From positions 1 to 64,000 of the forward strand of contig QPMI01000123.1 in NCBI GenBank assembly GCA_004431415.1: DNA of 64,000 bases, written 5' to 3'. The stretch is from Cyanophora paradoxa CCMP329. Its lineage: Eukaryota; Plantae; Glaucophyta. The position numbers were made by a program, and so were the translations under genes. The notes beneath the pieces are model-generated. The model was not told the origin of the DNA. It saw only the letters and a program-made list of their open reading frames with translations, and searched no databases. Shown here in pieces: positions 1-14,187 of this stretch. How positions within the stretch are numbered: position 1 is the first letter of the stretch; every line of letters begins with the position of its first letter.

Positions 1-235
1 ATCGGAATGCACTCAACCCAAGAAGTGCCGACTTGTAACTCAACTGAACACTCCAAGCAAACTGCCCCCGGAACGGCAACCGTGACGGCGGTGGCGGCGC
101 AGGAGGCGGTAATAAGGACACCTACCCCTGGGGTCGCGGTGACCGTGGTGGCCGCGGTGGACGAGGTGGCGGACGAGGCGGCGGACGAGGCGGCGGTCGC
201 GGCGGTGGTGGAGGACCTTCATCGCGCCCCCCCTC
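1..235 (+). pseudogene. gag: Gag nucleocapsid end: CCHC zinc knuckle followed by RGG-rich tail (frameshifted)
   Basis: Correcting two 1-nt slips gives ..ECTQPKK-CRLCNSTEHSKQNC-PRNGNRDGGGGAGGGNKDTYPWGRGDRGGRGGRGGGRGGGRGGGRGGGGG (C-x2-C-x4-H-x4-C plus RGG boxes). Confidence 0.75.
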
Positions 236-3200
236 GGCATCACTGCAATGACAATCCTACAACGACGACGGACGCACCAAAGACCCCGGCCACGACGCCG
301 GCGCCTACGTGCCCGTCTGACACACTACGCCCCTCACAACAGGTGTACCACAGACCCCGGCCACGACGCCGGCGCCCGTGGGCCCACCTGGAACTACGGC
401 TTCATTACACACGCCGACAGTGCCAACCACTGCAACGCAGGCCCGGCCACGATGCCGGCGCCGACGAACCCAGTGGAGACACCAGTCTTGCAAACTGTGC
501 CGGTACACGTCGCACAGCCAGTTCCAATGGGAAGTGCCAGCCCCGACCACGACGTCGGCGCCAGCACCTACCTCCACGCCTACGGAACAGCAAATCGCAG
601 AACTGTGCAAGAAGCTAGAACGCGGGCTACTAAACCACACTTCCAGCCCAGACCTGTTAACGTAACACAAGCTCTATAGACTTGCAGCGAGAAGAAGTAC
701 GAGTGTCGGCAGTGACATCGACCGTCCTCGACAAGGTCAACAGAGCACTGGCTAAAATGGCCAACCTTGGAGCGCGAGCTGCCACCCCAACCGCCCCAAG
801 AGCAACAAGTATAACACAAATTTGGCTTCATTCGGGAACGTATCTCTGCAATTACACAAAGCCGCGGCAATCCCAGTACGGCGGATCGAAGTCGACAAGA
901 ACGCGACAAAGACCTGCTGGAACACGGACACGTGCGCTGAACACCTCCAAGGGCCTCTGGTAAAGACGCTGCAGGACGTTACGGCGCGGGCCGCCAATCG
1001 GTCTCGAGATCGCGGCAACGAAGGCGGCACTTACCAGCAAAGGGGGCAAGACCACAAACGTCTCGACGGCAAAGGCTCATGACGGCCAGCCACCCGTTGC
1101 CTCGACGGCGCAGAAGCCGGTAGTGGAGCACGCAAACCGGTCATCTCGCCTACGGTGAACCAGATCGTGGAGCCGGCCGAATGTATCGCTGAGTACGTAG
1201 GGCCGCTCACGACGTACCTACGAGAAGTACTGGGCTACATGCACAGACGACGCCTCGCAAACCCCGTCTACTTTCGCGAAGTGCCCGGAAGTGCATGGTT
1301 CACACATGGCTTCCCTGGCTGCGACTTCCGACAGGCGTTCATCGACGCTGTCCTCTATTGCCCCAACTGAAGCACATTACCATACTCTTCGGACACAAGG
1401 GTGCGGGACTGTGTGCGACAGCAGCGGGTGCAAGAGAGCAGGCACTGCAGAACGGCAGTACCGACGTCGATGACGTAACGATGCTTCATCGGTACCCTAT
1501 CCCTCACGAACATGTACGGCCCATCTTTACCACGCTCTTGACTACAACGTCAACAAATTAGCTGCACCTCAACGCCAACACCACCCGTTAGCGGAAACGG
1601 CTGGGGAGAGCGACCTTTCCACATTCCCAGACGTGGTTCAGTACGAGCCTCACGGTGACGTTGGCGGCGAGACAACTTTCATTCACGAGTGCTGTGACCG
1701 GTGCAAGCCGATAACAATCCAGCAGTCGGCAGCCGGAGCACTGGAACCGCGCGAGATTCACGGTCAGAGTCGGCAGCCTTCGAACGGACCGGCGGACCGT
1801 GCACTCCACTTGCATCTCACGACGCTTGTGGATTCACTTCGAGCTTGGGCCAGGCCCACCCAGCCAACGCAGCCGCGGGCCGACCTCAGTACATCACACT
1901 ACTTAAACGACGCAGGCAGTGCAAGCATTCTGGAACGGCAACCCAGTTGCGGAACTGACATGGATCGACCTTGCGTACCGGACGCTCGACCCCTCAGTGG
2001 TGACCGTGATCACGAACACTGGGATACGTTAGCTGAACATCCAGTCCAGCAACCCCCAGACTTGACAGATCGACTTAATTTGACGACAGCTATCCGGGCT
2101 ACAATCCTCAGGCGCACAACCTCCGCTGACCTCATACTGCTCAATGAGTGGGCGAAGCGGACGGCCAATGCAATCAACACTGGTGCATGGCAGCAGGCCG
2201 TGAATTGGACACGGCGGACCGACCATCCGACAACTACAACTTGGAACGAACACTTGCCCCGGCCACGGCCGGCGCAGTACCAGTTCCTACGACACGAGAT
2301 ATTACACCCGCCCCGGCCACGGCCGGCGCGATCACCGTCCCTACTGCGCGAGACTCAGTACCTGCCCCGACCACGGCCGGCGCAGTACATGTCCCGCCTC
2401 CACCACACTCGACACCCACACCAGCAATAGCTGACGGGGTAGCCCAGCCTCCTCCGACATCACTTGAAATGCCATTGGACCGGTACCCAATGGACTTCAG
2501 AACAAGTATCACTGATACGAGGATGGCCGAATCAGTACATAATCGAACGCGAGAAAACGTTGATCTTTGGGACTCTACAACTGCAGCCAACGGCGGCACT
2601 CACATGGATCGTCACCCATGATGCCCCCCACGACATACCCCACGATAGCTCAAGCAGTTCTTGACGCTTATCTGGAAACGTACCCACGGAACTCGCTCGT
2701 GCCAGAGCGACGAACTCCTCTGTCAAATGGATGCTCGCAACTCGGAACCGGAGTCGCAACGCGAAACTTCCATGAAGCTACATGCGAAGCCAGCTAAATG
2801 CCTGACCACGGACGCTGTAGCATCCTGCGGCAGCGATTCCGGGCCGGAGCAATGGTGACTATAACATGTTTGGAGGCGATAGCTTCTTTACCAACAGACG
2901 GTGAACAGCGTCTTTGTGAGCCCTGGCGCCAGCAATCTACATCCGCTGCGAGGCGGTTGGCTTTCCGGACCATGCCGGCAACGCCAGTCGCCCGAACGGC
3001 CCATCACAAGGGCACGCAGCACATGTCCACCATGCCACAAGCTGAACATGTTATTTTACCGACGGCACCTTTACAACCCGACGACAGTTCACCAGCACTC
3101 GCGTCGAGATGACTATGAACTGTGGACGTGTGGCAATACCCACTCGTGTCTTATTGCAACTACCCAGACGCCGAGGTGACAGGCTTGTACCCATCCGACG

Positions 3201-6200
3201 CCTGTGGCCCGGACGGCCCTTGGACCGGAGAGTAAAACTCGAGCCGAGAGACGTTCATGCAATCATCATGGAAGCGCTCGCTTGGTGGCCGAGAGCCAGC
3301 TCGCCTGCAAGCATGGCATGCCATGTTTACGACCGCTTCATCAACCTTAACATGAGCCGTTCGACGTACGTGCGTACAGAGTCCACGCCAACACAGAATG
3401 GTCCAGCACGCGACCCAACCAGCGGTTCAACTACGGGACCCTAGCACGCAACTCGAACTCCAACCAGGACCGGGGACACGCGCAGCGCACCCCGACACCG
3501 GCTCACGGCCCATTGTCAGCCTCACGACGCAACCACAGCAGCACTGGCCTGAGGAGCTCGCAATCCCCCCGGCTGTTGAAGCCAACGACGGTCATCTCGT
3601 ACCAGTCTCACGAGGCCGGAGTGGTAGACAGCCGTGGCTGCACCATTCCTTACTTCGCATCGGCGAGCACGGATCGCTACGAGTATTCAATCCAATCCGA
3701 GTCACAGCCATCTTTGCGCCGAATTTACGACCCGGACGAGCAGCGGAAGTATAAGGAAGCCATGAAGATCATCCTGAGTCATATGACTTCATTGCAGCCC
3801 AGCTGGAGACCAGTACAACCTGCCCCCTCATGACGATACCCGACTGACGACGACAAGCGTAACTTTATCGATCTTATGTACGGCGGGAACGACGCCGAGC
3901 GAGCGCTCAACGACCAGCTGGAACAAACCCCGAACGGCGCCTGGATCCGTGGATCTGACGGCGAGCGTGAACACGGCGTACGACGCGATACGCCTTGGGT
4001 GAGGGCAAAGGTCCTTACATGGCGGCGGCGCTTACTGGTTACGCTCGAGCACGGGGACGCGAAGCGAACAGGACCGCTCGAGCGCTACGCGGAAATACAA
4101 GCCACGACAAGTCGGGTACAGACCATCGCGAACAAGATGGAAGATACACACCGACGTCGTCATCTGAGACCCGGACGGACACCTTCACCGTTCAGGCGAC
4201 CTCGGCCGACCCCCAAGCCCAACTCTGGACGATCCGGGAGTGGTGTCCTCAGCCCCAGCGACAGCGTGGCCCTTGGTTATGCACTACGAATCCTCCAGTC
4301 TCATTACGTCGCCCGGCACGGCCGGCGCGCCGCAAACTGAGACGAATGCTACCAACGTAACAATCAACCGAGCCTGCATCTCCGACCCTTACGACGCCCT
4401 GGAGCGCCCCGGCCACGGCTGCGTGGTCAACCGGCGTTATAGCTTCAGAGCAAGCGACTCCGGACATGACCATAACTGTCAGGGAGCAGACTTTGACACT
4501 GCACTGACAACGAATCGACCACGACCCCGCAACTACCGCCCGGCACGGCGCGAGGTAGACAGGTCGAACGTTGAGCCACGGACACGCCCAGCATGACAAC
4601 CCGCCGATCACAGCCCTACGGCAAGGCCGGATGACTTCATCGTTGAGTCCGAAAGCCCTCGGACCCGACTGGATTGAATGCCAGGGATTGCGTCCGACTG
4701 TGGCTCGCCCACACTCGCGCGCGTGGATATATGCACGTGAATACTGGCGATCCTGGAACGAGGAGGAGCCAACGGCAGAGAAGATGGTCGGGACCAATTC
4801 ACATTTCCGGACTTACCTACTGTCACTGAGGATCCCAGCGTTACATCCAAGTCGGCGACATTCCGTCCCGATTCCGGAACCTGAACCGCACTTCCAGTCC
4901 GCCGGAGACCGCGCAATCGTGAGAACACACACTTGGGCGAGTCATGCTGCAGTTTCACAGCGCCTCGGAGACTGTGGGTCATACCAAGCACAATGCCCGC
5001 TACGCAGAGCAGCGGCTGCGGTCGACAATCCAACTGTTTGCAACCTATCGCAAGTACACGCCATGGAATGCAAGTACGACCCGTCCAAGACGCCTCTACC
5101 TCACAAACATTTCACGCTGCCTGACGGATCACGGAGCTGAACCGCTAACCGGCACGTCTCGACGACTCGTCACGTACGTCGATGTCGAGGAGCAATCAGC
5201 GATTTTGCTCAACATACCGCCCATCTCCGCGCTGTCGCTTATGCGATCATGAGAATTGCGGCACAGCCGACACTACGGATAGCTTGGAAGAGACGCTGCG
5301 TCACGCATCTGTCCTCGAGTGCTGGGCCTTGATGCACACAAGCAATAACCTGACGACTTCAGGCAAGGAATATTGCCTTGGCTCTTCGACGTCATGATCT
5401 CGTATGGCCGAAGCATGCGGGCACAATTCCTACTTATTCGAACCGCACGGGGACTACTATGCGCCTTTCCCACTCTCGCCGACGCGCTGACGGTCGCATG
5501 ACGGCACTGGAACGCTTAATCCTCGAGTCGCACCTGCGCCGCCCTTCGACGACGAATTCGCGCCTTACCCACGGCGAACCTCCAGCGCTCGATCGAGACA
5601 TCGCCTCGAGATGCGGGTGACAGCTGGCCAACGCAATTCACATTGCAGCGCTGGAGCACGCATCTACTTCCACTCGAAGCCTCGGGAGTTGAACGGCATC
5701 ACTCATGGCGCAGCCCTTGCTTCGCTGTTCGGATCCGTTCTCGGCAAGCCAAATAGGCTGCTGTGGCCGACAAGCCCAGACTTCTACTTCACAATGGGAG
5801 TCGAAATTGGTGGAGTACATCACGCGCGTGCTCACTGCCTTCGGAGGCACTTCGCGAATAGCCCAACAGCTGGCTGGCTACCGTCGACCGTACCTTGACC
5901 GACACAGACGCCCCGGACAGGGGACTTGGACGTTCCCGGAAGCCCTTCGAGCTCCACGGTGTATTACTCGACGAGTACAAACTAGCGTGATTGAATGTAA
6001 CGAGCGACGCCTCGACTACTCCGAAGACCCGCTTTCTCACTCTGGAGAGGTCTTCAGGCGTTCCGGACCGGTGCCGAGAACTCCGGCAACGTGTTCGTGA
6101 CCATCTCTCGCGAGGACAGCCTTAGGCGTGCCGCGAGCTCGGCGACGTAGCAGCATTCCGACAGGCCCTGCGGCTCCATCTGGACCGTTACCGGAGAGAG

Positions 6201-9200
6201 TACATGAGCGCGTCGGTGTCGTAGCTACCCGAGCAGCTTCGAGCTCAGCCGCGTGGAACGGGACCTGACCTGCAACTGTCACTGGTTGAAGGCTACCCTG
6301 AGGGCCGTACACCATCGTATTCAACTCAGGAGCGGTACTCCTCTCCAACCCCACGTTGTGGCACGCACTGTTCTCGACGCATTGTATTGGGCGTTGAAGC
6401 GTAAATACAACGGGGACAAATGACGGATGCGGAGGATTGGCAGGCTCAGTGCCTGCATACGGAATGACAAACCGCCTTCGACTGATCGACTCCAGCCGAA
6501 CACCTAGTCCGGCTCTCCTCGTCCGGGCGATCATGTTCGGGCCGACAAGATTCTCGAATTTTCCAGTACTGGAACAAGTCGAAGGAGAACTACTTGCGGA
6601 TCTTACACCCTGCGTACCGAACGATTACGTGAATCCAAGCACGGCAACCATCGACATTATGCAGGCGTACAACGTCATTTCCCGATACGTCAGAGGATCA
6701 CGGAGTACGGCTCAATTGGACACCCGCTTCTCCTGCGTTGGCAGAACTGACCACGCTCCGAATCCACGATTCCATGTTCTTACGGCCGACGACGAGACCA
6801 CACTGCGGAGTCACCCCCTCATGTTCTCAGGACGGAACGACGCCCCGGCACCGGTGCAGCAACCACGTAGCACAACTTCAGGCTCAACTGCTAAACGCGT
6901 GGGCCTGAAAAAGGCCGCAAGACAGTAATATCGGAAGACGAGGCTGGTGACGATTGGTTTACGAAACTGTCGACCTCAGCCGGAACGCCCGGCCATATTC
7001 GGTACCCGATATTACTACAAGTTCTTCGGTGCCGACATCATCGAGAACGGCTACGTTACCGACAAGTTCGAACGCGTCGGATGGTGGGGCGACCCAGAAC
7101 GCATCCACCGCAAGCATCATACTCAAGTGCGGGACTCGACGACAGCGTCGATACTCAGTGGGCATTTGAGGCGGGCACTCGGGCCTCCAGCACGGGAGGG
7201 GACAACACAACGACTTCCGCTTGTTCACGCTGTCTTACCACAAGGATCTGCCGGCACTCGAACGTCTGGAGGACCCCACTATCCCGAGGATAGTACGGTG
7301 CACTCTACGACGTGACACGCTCAGACACGCGCAACGAAGTATACACGATCAACAAACAGCCGCTCGCATTCCGAGGCGTCGAATTCTTTCTCAGTACTCT
7401 CAGCTCGCGATGGCCGAGAACATGAGATACACTCCGTGGTCTGCCGTCCTCGTGGCAGAAATGTGCAGTGCCTCACAACTCGGTCCTCGTTCACGCGTGA
7501 CTTGACGGCATTGGAGGAGTACGTGAATACGAAGCCTGAATGGGAACACCCACTGGCAGAGAGCCAATTCAGTACTTCATGCACGGCGACACGAACATGG
7601 ACAAGTTCATGCGAAGCTTCCAGAGTTCAGACCGATCACGCGCTTAACCAGCTTCGTTGGCGCGGAGCACTACAGGCGCTCGACGGCGTGGTACGCCATC
7701 GGGCACGCAATCGTTCCAACCCGTACCTGCACGGGTGCAGACCGTGACAGATGACGGCAATACCCGCAAGAACCGTTGCGAGATCAAGTTACCACCTTGA
7801 CAATCGCTCCCGCCAATGAGCACAACCGTTGAATGAGCTCGGTAATACCTCACAGCGTTCCGAAGCCCACTCGAGCGGCCTCAGGACATGAATGGCTCCC
7901 CGCTTGGCAACGGCGGACCCATGCTGGCACGTTCCACGAGTTCAACTCCCCGACGATACTGAGCGACACCTGGAAGTCTTCGCCAACGGCGGCCCGCGAA
8001 TTTACACAAAGACGCGGACCAGGGACACCAGGCTGTCGTTCACGTGTTCGATGCCAACAACCGTGACACTTGGCTCCAAATCGCCCGTTCGAACAGGCCA
8101 CAACGGCCGCGGACAGCCTGCTACTTCGACTACAATCGCATACCAATTCTGCTTGAGGAGACGATCCTACCGGCGGCGTCTGGAAGACCATCGAGAGGCC
8201 TACTAGGCCGACGGAGGGTGCATTCATCCACGTTATCCCTTCAAGCCGGAAGTACATCACTGGGTCCACCACTTCGCACATCACGTAGCAGCTTCAATCC
8301 GTTTGTACACGGCGTTCCCGTCGAAACAGATGCCAATCACGACGGCCTGCTGGAGATTCTCGACGAATACGTGACTTCGAATGCGAGCCTACTACACTTC
8401 CGTGTCGACGACGACGGCAACATGACCGTGTCTCAGGAACTGCAAGACTGGTACGCCCGGGATTTTGGCACGGCAACACCACCACCCGGCGCATGTTTGC
8501 AACGGCCTTCATGGCACTACTAGTCACGGCGATTACAACGCAACTCGCGGCAGTTGTCCGCCACGGGCCCTCGGCAATGCCGGGCGCGCTCCACAACAGC
8601 CAAGGAGACATGGCAACGCTACGAAGATCGCCAGTCGCAGCATGCACACTTTCCGCTGCCTTCGACCTCCCTGTCAACGTCATCGAGATGTTTGGACACG
8701 ACGGAACCATGGTCGGCAACAGGGGCATGGACAACCTCGGCATGGGCGTGAGCCAATACACGTTCAACAGGAACGAGTTCGAACGTCCTGGCGTCATTAC
8801 GAACAGCACGTGGTCCGGAGGTACTCTACAGTACAATGAGATCCACGCGTCGAGGAAGATTCGATTCCCGAATTGTTCTCCTTGACTACGGCGCAATACT
8901 GTTCTCCGACGACCTCGTGGAGCATCGTACGCGCTGGATAACGCTGGCTTACAACGCTTCCGGCACGTCACGGGACGACGCATCACCATGACAGCTGAAC
9001 TGGCACCCCCTTGCGGTACAGCGGAGGTCTCACAGAAGCCGACGGAGCAAATCCTAGCCGTTTCGGGCCCACCTCTACATCGGTGACGACGAGGACGGAG
9101 CTCTCCGGACCATTTGAGGGCGTCGGGTTGTCCATCAACCGCTGCGCGGCGCTCTACAAGTCGACCCCGATACCGCGACGTACCTGTACGACCAGGCGAC

Positions 9201-10650
9201 GGGACGATGGAGCAGCCAGGCTGGTACGACGGCAGAACGCGGCCGCCGCGAATCCAAGTCTAGCCGGTACGAGCCGAGGCCGAAGCGCATGAAGGAGACA
9301 GACCTCCGAACGACGGCGAGAAGGAGCACAATGGCCCTGTGGATCACACCGCGAACAATTGACGGTGCTCGGGTCGGCGCAAGACGCCCGTCGTGATTGA
9401 CAGGGTGACACGGTCGGGCACTTCGCCTTTGTCGCTTCGACGTCGCACCCGAGTTCAAGCCCGTCTGCCCCAAACAGAGTTCACGCGTTCGCTTCCGGCG
9501 CGTCGCCGACACCACGGTAGCGGGCAGCGACAGCGACACCACAAGCACGACTCTCGAACTTCGGCACTAGCTCCACGCGGAAGTAAAGGAGCCCTCCCGC
9601 TACCTTCTACTTCCGTGCACACTACCGTGACCTCTCCAAACGCTGTGGACACTCGTACACGGAGTACAGCTGGAACGCTTCGCGGCACACGGTCAGTCTC
9701 ACGAGTCCATCCCGTACTCTGGCCAGACCTCTGGGACGAAGACGGAACGAACTTCAGGACTGAATACGATTGTATGACTGGAGCGCATTCCGAACACCGC
9801 ATCAGCTCAATGCTGACGCCCTCGTGTCATTGGCTGAGGATCTGCGAGCACGGCGCCTGACCTCTCCAACTCGGGGAGCCTCCTTGGACGTCGTGCGCAC
9901 ACGCGCCCTGTTCACTCGCATGGCGTTCATCATGAACACTTTGGGTTCACGCGTGGACGCGGTCAAACACGCCTCGCTCGTCTCCATCCATCGGGACCGC
10001 GCTCGATTTTACTTCAACTCGATCCTGCAGGGCACCCGCCTACCTCACCAGTGGAAGACGCTGGTCAGCTACTTGCGCGAGGCCTCAGTCGCCACGGCCA
10101 TCATTACGCGGAATACGACACGCTCGTCGACTTCGATCCCAACCCTGACTCGGATGAGAGCATCGCTTACATCTGGTTGGCCGGAAGACCAGCGTACACG
10201 CCAATACCTCACAACATCCCGAGACGAGGACTCGGATTCAGCCGGCAGGACCACAGCACTCGTCCTAGCAGCGGCCGGTGCCGTCCAACAGCACCCGCCT
10301 GATTCCAAACGACCTCGAACCTTCGCGGCGGTACATGTTTTCAACAGAGCACATGAATCGGTCTCCAAGTGGAGAAGACTGCCCGCATCCGGTTGCCGCC
10401 TCCACCTGACGCCATCTCATCGTCACGACCTTTGACGACGCCAGTGGAACGGAGCTACCAGACAGCACTTCGTGTCCGCACGCAAGAATGCTCGGTTGGC
10501 TGGGTGACATCGTGTCTCTAACGACATACCTACAGCGAGGATACGGCAATTGGACGTCGAATCGCTCAGCTGACAAAACCCGACCGGACAATGAAGCAAC
10601 GGATTGCAGATGGTCGCATCTGCGTGTCGGTGCGATCGGGTCCTATGCAC
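236..10650 (+). other. ~10.4 kb unrecognised protein-coding insert between gag NC and protease (chain of frameshifted + strand segments)
   Basis: Overlapping + strand ORF pieces with natural-looking globular sequence (e.g. 1155-1561, 3876-4340, 6437-6928, 8044-8885, 9770-10435) hand over between frames. Composition matches the pol region. No family recognised. Confidence 0.6.
283..563 (+). repeat. Four dispersed copies of CCCGRCCACGAYGYCGGCGCC (codes T/APATTPAP); three related copies (APATAGA) at 54-bp spacing at ~2257-2390
   Basis: Copies at ~283, ~355, ~441, ~540 and ~2257, ~2311, ~2365; Pro/Ala/Thr linker repeats. Confidence 0.7.
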
Positions 10651-10659
10651 CAGGACGGA

Positions 10660-10960
10660 AAGTCGGACCGTCCGTCAAAACTCTGCGTTGGTGGATACGG
10701 GCGCCGCAGCTGACGTGATTGACGGAGACCTCGCTGCGCGCATCGAGGGCCTCCGTTACAGCCGCGCGCCGCCAGTACAACTGACCGGATTTGGCGACGA
10801 CATGACGGCTTACGCTCGCATCGCCTACATGGCGGTCATGATTGGTCCCGTACGGTCGGTGAGAGAGTCCTAGTGGTGGACAAGGGCCTCATGGGGTCTA
10901 CTCAAATGCTCCTTGGATTGGCGACGCTCATTGCCATGAACGCTCACATCTCGCTCGACC
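10660..10960 (+). pseudogene. Retropepsin-type aspartic protease domain (frameshifted)
   Basis: ALVDTGAAADVI (D-T-G catalytic motif), VQLTGFG flap, and downstream MLLGLATL (ILG-like motif) after a frame slip at ~10870. Confidence 0.85.
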
Positions 10961-12069
10961 GACTAACTGGGAATGACGATCACGGCACCTGACGCCGACA
11001 ATGGCGAACGATACCATGTCCCTTTTTGCTTGCGGACCAGACCGACGGGGGCGTTCTGGTCGCCTCGCCAAGATGTCACGTCGGGCCAGGCGAAGCTCTC
11101 GTTCGCTGTTACGTCTCGACGGCCTCAAGACGCGACTGACGATGCGCCGGAGATGCTCCTCACGCCGCCGCCGCACATTGTTGGAGACGACGACGGAGCC
11201 GACGACCCGGTGAAGGAGATGAACCGCGTCATCTTGTCCCTCACCAAATACATCGACGTCTCGAGGAGGAGCTTTCCTCGCTCAGGTCTGCAATCCACAA
11301 CGCGACCCGTCCGCTTGAAAGCGGGGACCGTCATCGCGGAGGCGGAATTCGGCAAGTGGCCGAGAGCGAGTTCCGACCCACGACGACGTCCATCGATACC
11401 GACGGGTACTTACAAGACCTGGTCGAGTGACGAGAGCGCAAGTTCCCATCTCTTCCATTGCCGTCAAATCCTCTCCAATGTGCAACCCGTGATTGTACCT
11501 GGGCGATCACAGCCTCGACGTTACGTATCCCGAGTGCACGAACAGTACCCTCTGTTTTGCACGGCCACCACAACCCAGACCGAGGACAAGGCCTAGACCC
11601 GCTCACAGAGCGGCGCCGACGCCCCCAGTCCTCACTTCCGAAGCTCAAACCCAACTCTCACGCTTCGTGACTGCGTTCGTCACGCGATACACCGAGAATC
11701 ACGCGCGATTCTGACGCCATCGGAGATCAACGAGTTGTGCAAGATCTTCGAACCCCACTTTGCCGATACCTATCGGCAAGGCAGGCCCCTCCTCAGCCCT
11801 GTATGCATCACGTTTGCCCGACCACGCCGTCGGCGCAACCGCGTTGCATCACCATCTCCTCCGCTTCACCGCCGAACCCACGCAATGGAACCTCCTTCGA
11901 GCGCCAACGCCACCCCCCCACCACAGACGGAGGAGGAGGTCCGACAACTCGTCGACGATCTCATGCAGCCGTCGAAAGACGACAACGATGTGACGGAGGA
12001 GGAGCGTAACCAACTACGTAGCCTCTTCACACGGATGGCGCACTGCTTCGCGCAGCGCATCAACCCAAA

Positions 12070-12760
12070 GAGCTACTGAAGTACCGTCACAGCATCCGAC
12101 TCCTCCCCGGCGTACCTACGAAGCATCTGCCTTTGTACAGCGTGCCCCGGCGCCTCTCTCCCCTGCTGAGAAGGCGGCCAAAGCCGAAATCGAACGACTG
12201 CTGCAAGATGGTCTGATCGAACCCTCCCAAGCTGGATACGGTTCCCCAGTGGTACTGGCGCCCAAGAAGGACGGGACAATGAGATTTTGCGTCGATTACC
12301 GCAAGCTGAATTCGCTCACGGAGCGCGACGTCTTTCCTCTCCGAGAATAGACGATCAACTCGAACGCCTGCAAGGCGCGACGTACTTCTCGACGTGTGAC
12401 GCCACCTCCGGGTTCTGGCAGCTTGAACTCGACGAAGAATCCAGGCCTCTGACGACGTTTATCGTGCCCTGGGGCATGTACCAATGGCGAGTTACCCCGT
12501 TTGGTATTACGAACGGACCAGCGGCGTTCTGTCGAGCAGTGACATCGATCTTGGGCAATCTGCTGTCGACAAGCGTTGTCGCTTACGTTGATGACCTCAC
12601 GGTCCACTCCCCGACGGCCTCACAACACCTTGTCGACTTGAGGCTTTCTTCGCCGCGATCGAGCGAGGAAACCTCAAGCTCAAACCGTCCAAATGCCGTT
12701 TCATGGTGAAAGAGATCGACCTACTCGGACACCGTGTCAGCCGCAACGGCGTGAAGATGG
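12070..12760 (+). pseudogene. pol: Reverse transcriptase domain of Gypsy pol (frameshifted)
   Basis: [37 protein letters not shown](P)RIDD, YFSTCDATSGFWQ, PFGITNGPAAF, AYVDDL, LKLKPSKCRF, LLGHRVS. Confidence 0.97.
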
Positions 12761-13542
12761 ACAAGACCAAGATGGCCCTCATCGAGAAGACCCAGGAAAA
12801 AGATCTCGGAACTGTCGAGTCCATTCGCAGCTTCATCGGCATGACTGGATTCTACAGACGGTTCATTCGCAACTACGCGAAGCGGGAACTGCCCCTACGC
12901 GACCTAGTCACGCGAGCAACACGAGCTGACTCGCTGACGGTCACCTGGGACGATGACGCTCGACGGGCGCTGGACGACCTCAAGGCCGCCATCATGGAGG
13001 ATGTCGCACTACTCTTACCCGACTTTGCCAAACCATTCGTCATCCACACGGACTGGAGCAAGCGCGCCATGGGGGCGGTCCTCATGCAGGCTGACGACTG
13101 CGGACGAGAGCGTCCCATCGCTTTCATCAGCAGGACCCTGACTGCGACGGAGCGCAAGTTTCAAAGTCCGACGGAAGGGGAATGCATCGCGGTACTCTGG
13201 GCGGTGAAAGTGTGGAGCCATTACTTCGAGTGCGGGCACCCATTTACAGTCCGGACCGATCACTCGGCACTCCAATGGTTGAAGTCACAGGACGTGACGA
13301 ACAACAAGGCGCTCTGTCGAGCGGCGCTGGGACTTCAGGGCTACAACTACACCATCGAGTACCGCGCGGGGCGCACCAACGTTGTTGCAGACTTCGAGTC
13401 GCGTCTGGAACCGTCACACGACCTCTTCCTCCCAGGAGCGGGTGACGGCTCAGACCTCACGACTGACATCCCCGACGGAGCTCGAGGATTCGGTGTACCC
13501 GCCGAGGCGATCTCGACGACCCAACCCAGCTCTTCGCGGTAG
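12703..13542 (+). CDS. pol: RT connection and RNase H domain of Gypsy pol
   Basis: IRSFIGMTGFYRRFIRNYA, LLLPDFAKPFVIHTDWSKRAMGAVLMQ, ERPIAFISRTL, TEGECIAVLWAV, FTVRTDHSALQWL, IEYRAGRTNVVADFESR. Confidence 0.96.
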   Translation: MVKEIDLLGHRVSRNGVKMDKTKMALIEKTQEKDLGTVESIRSFIGMTGFYRRFIRNYAKRELPLRDLVTRATRADSLTVTWDDDARRALDDLKAAIMEDVALLLPDFAKPFVIHTDWSKRAMGAVLMQADDCGRERPIAFISRTLTATERKFQSPTEGECIAVLWAVKVWSHYFECGHPFTVRTDHSALQWLKSQDVTNNKALCRAALGLQGYNYTIEYRAGRTNVVADFESRLEPSHDLFLPGAGDGSDLTTDIPDGARGFGVPAEAISTTQPSSSR

Positions 13543-13846
13543 CCCCACGGACACGCTCGACGGGCCAGCATGGGCGTTGGCGCCGGGAGCGAAGCGGCGT
13601 CGCCAAGCGCCCCTGTAGACGAGCATCGACCCGTTGGCCAACGGCTCGGTCCCTCCTCTACAGCACCCCAGCCGCCGACGTCACCCCCAGTTCGCGACGG
13701 CGAATTCGGCCCGACGGCGACAGTGACACCGGTGACGAGGACGAGAGTGCACAGCCCCCTCCGCCCCGACGCACTCGCACTGAGCCTTCGCTACCACCCA
13801 CGCGGACGGAGCTCAGTCTCAGGGACAAGAGGGCTGCCCAGCCCCC

Positions 13847-14180
13847 GTGCCCCCTTTCCCGAAGCGACCACGTGGACGCCCGCGGAAACTCCCCCCTCCT
13901 CCCCCTCTAAACGACTCGTACTTGCGAGCTTTGGAATCCGAACGAGATCGGAAACGCCTCCAGGCGCAAGCTGGCCCTTCTACCTCGTCCGTCGGCAACG
14001 GAATCCCCGCTCCACCTCCGCGCGACCCGCTCACCGAGCGGCTTGCACGTGGTGAGCGAGACAAGGCGAAGACGACAACCGAGCAGCAACGCCGCGAGTC
14101 AGAGGAGCAGTACAAGCAGGCCCTCGATAACCGCCGCGAGCAGCTGTCAGACCAGGCCAAGAGTCGTCACGATGCCAACC
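13847..14180 (+). other. AT-hook plus coiled-coil segment in the RNase H-integrase linker
   Basis: PKRPRGRPRK (canonical AT-hook), then an E/R/Q-rich helix (EQQRRESEEQYKQALDNRREQL). Confidence 0.7.
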
Positions 14181-14187
14181 GCCGCTC

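Noticed and set aside
11200-11360. Functional dUTPase in the Gypsy PR-RT spacer
   Set aside because: Only a RPVRLKAGTVIAE remnant typical of Gypsy spacers; catalytic dUTPase motifs not seen.
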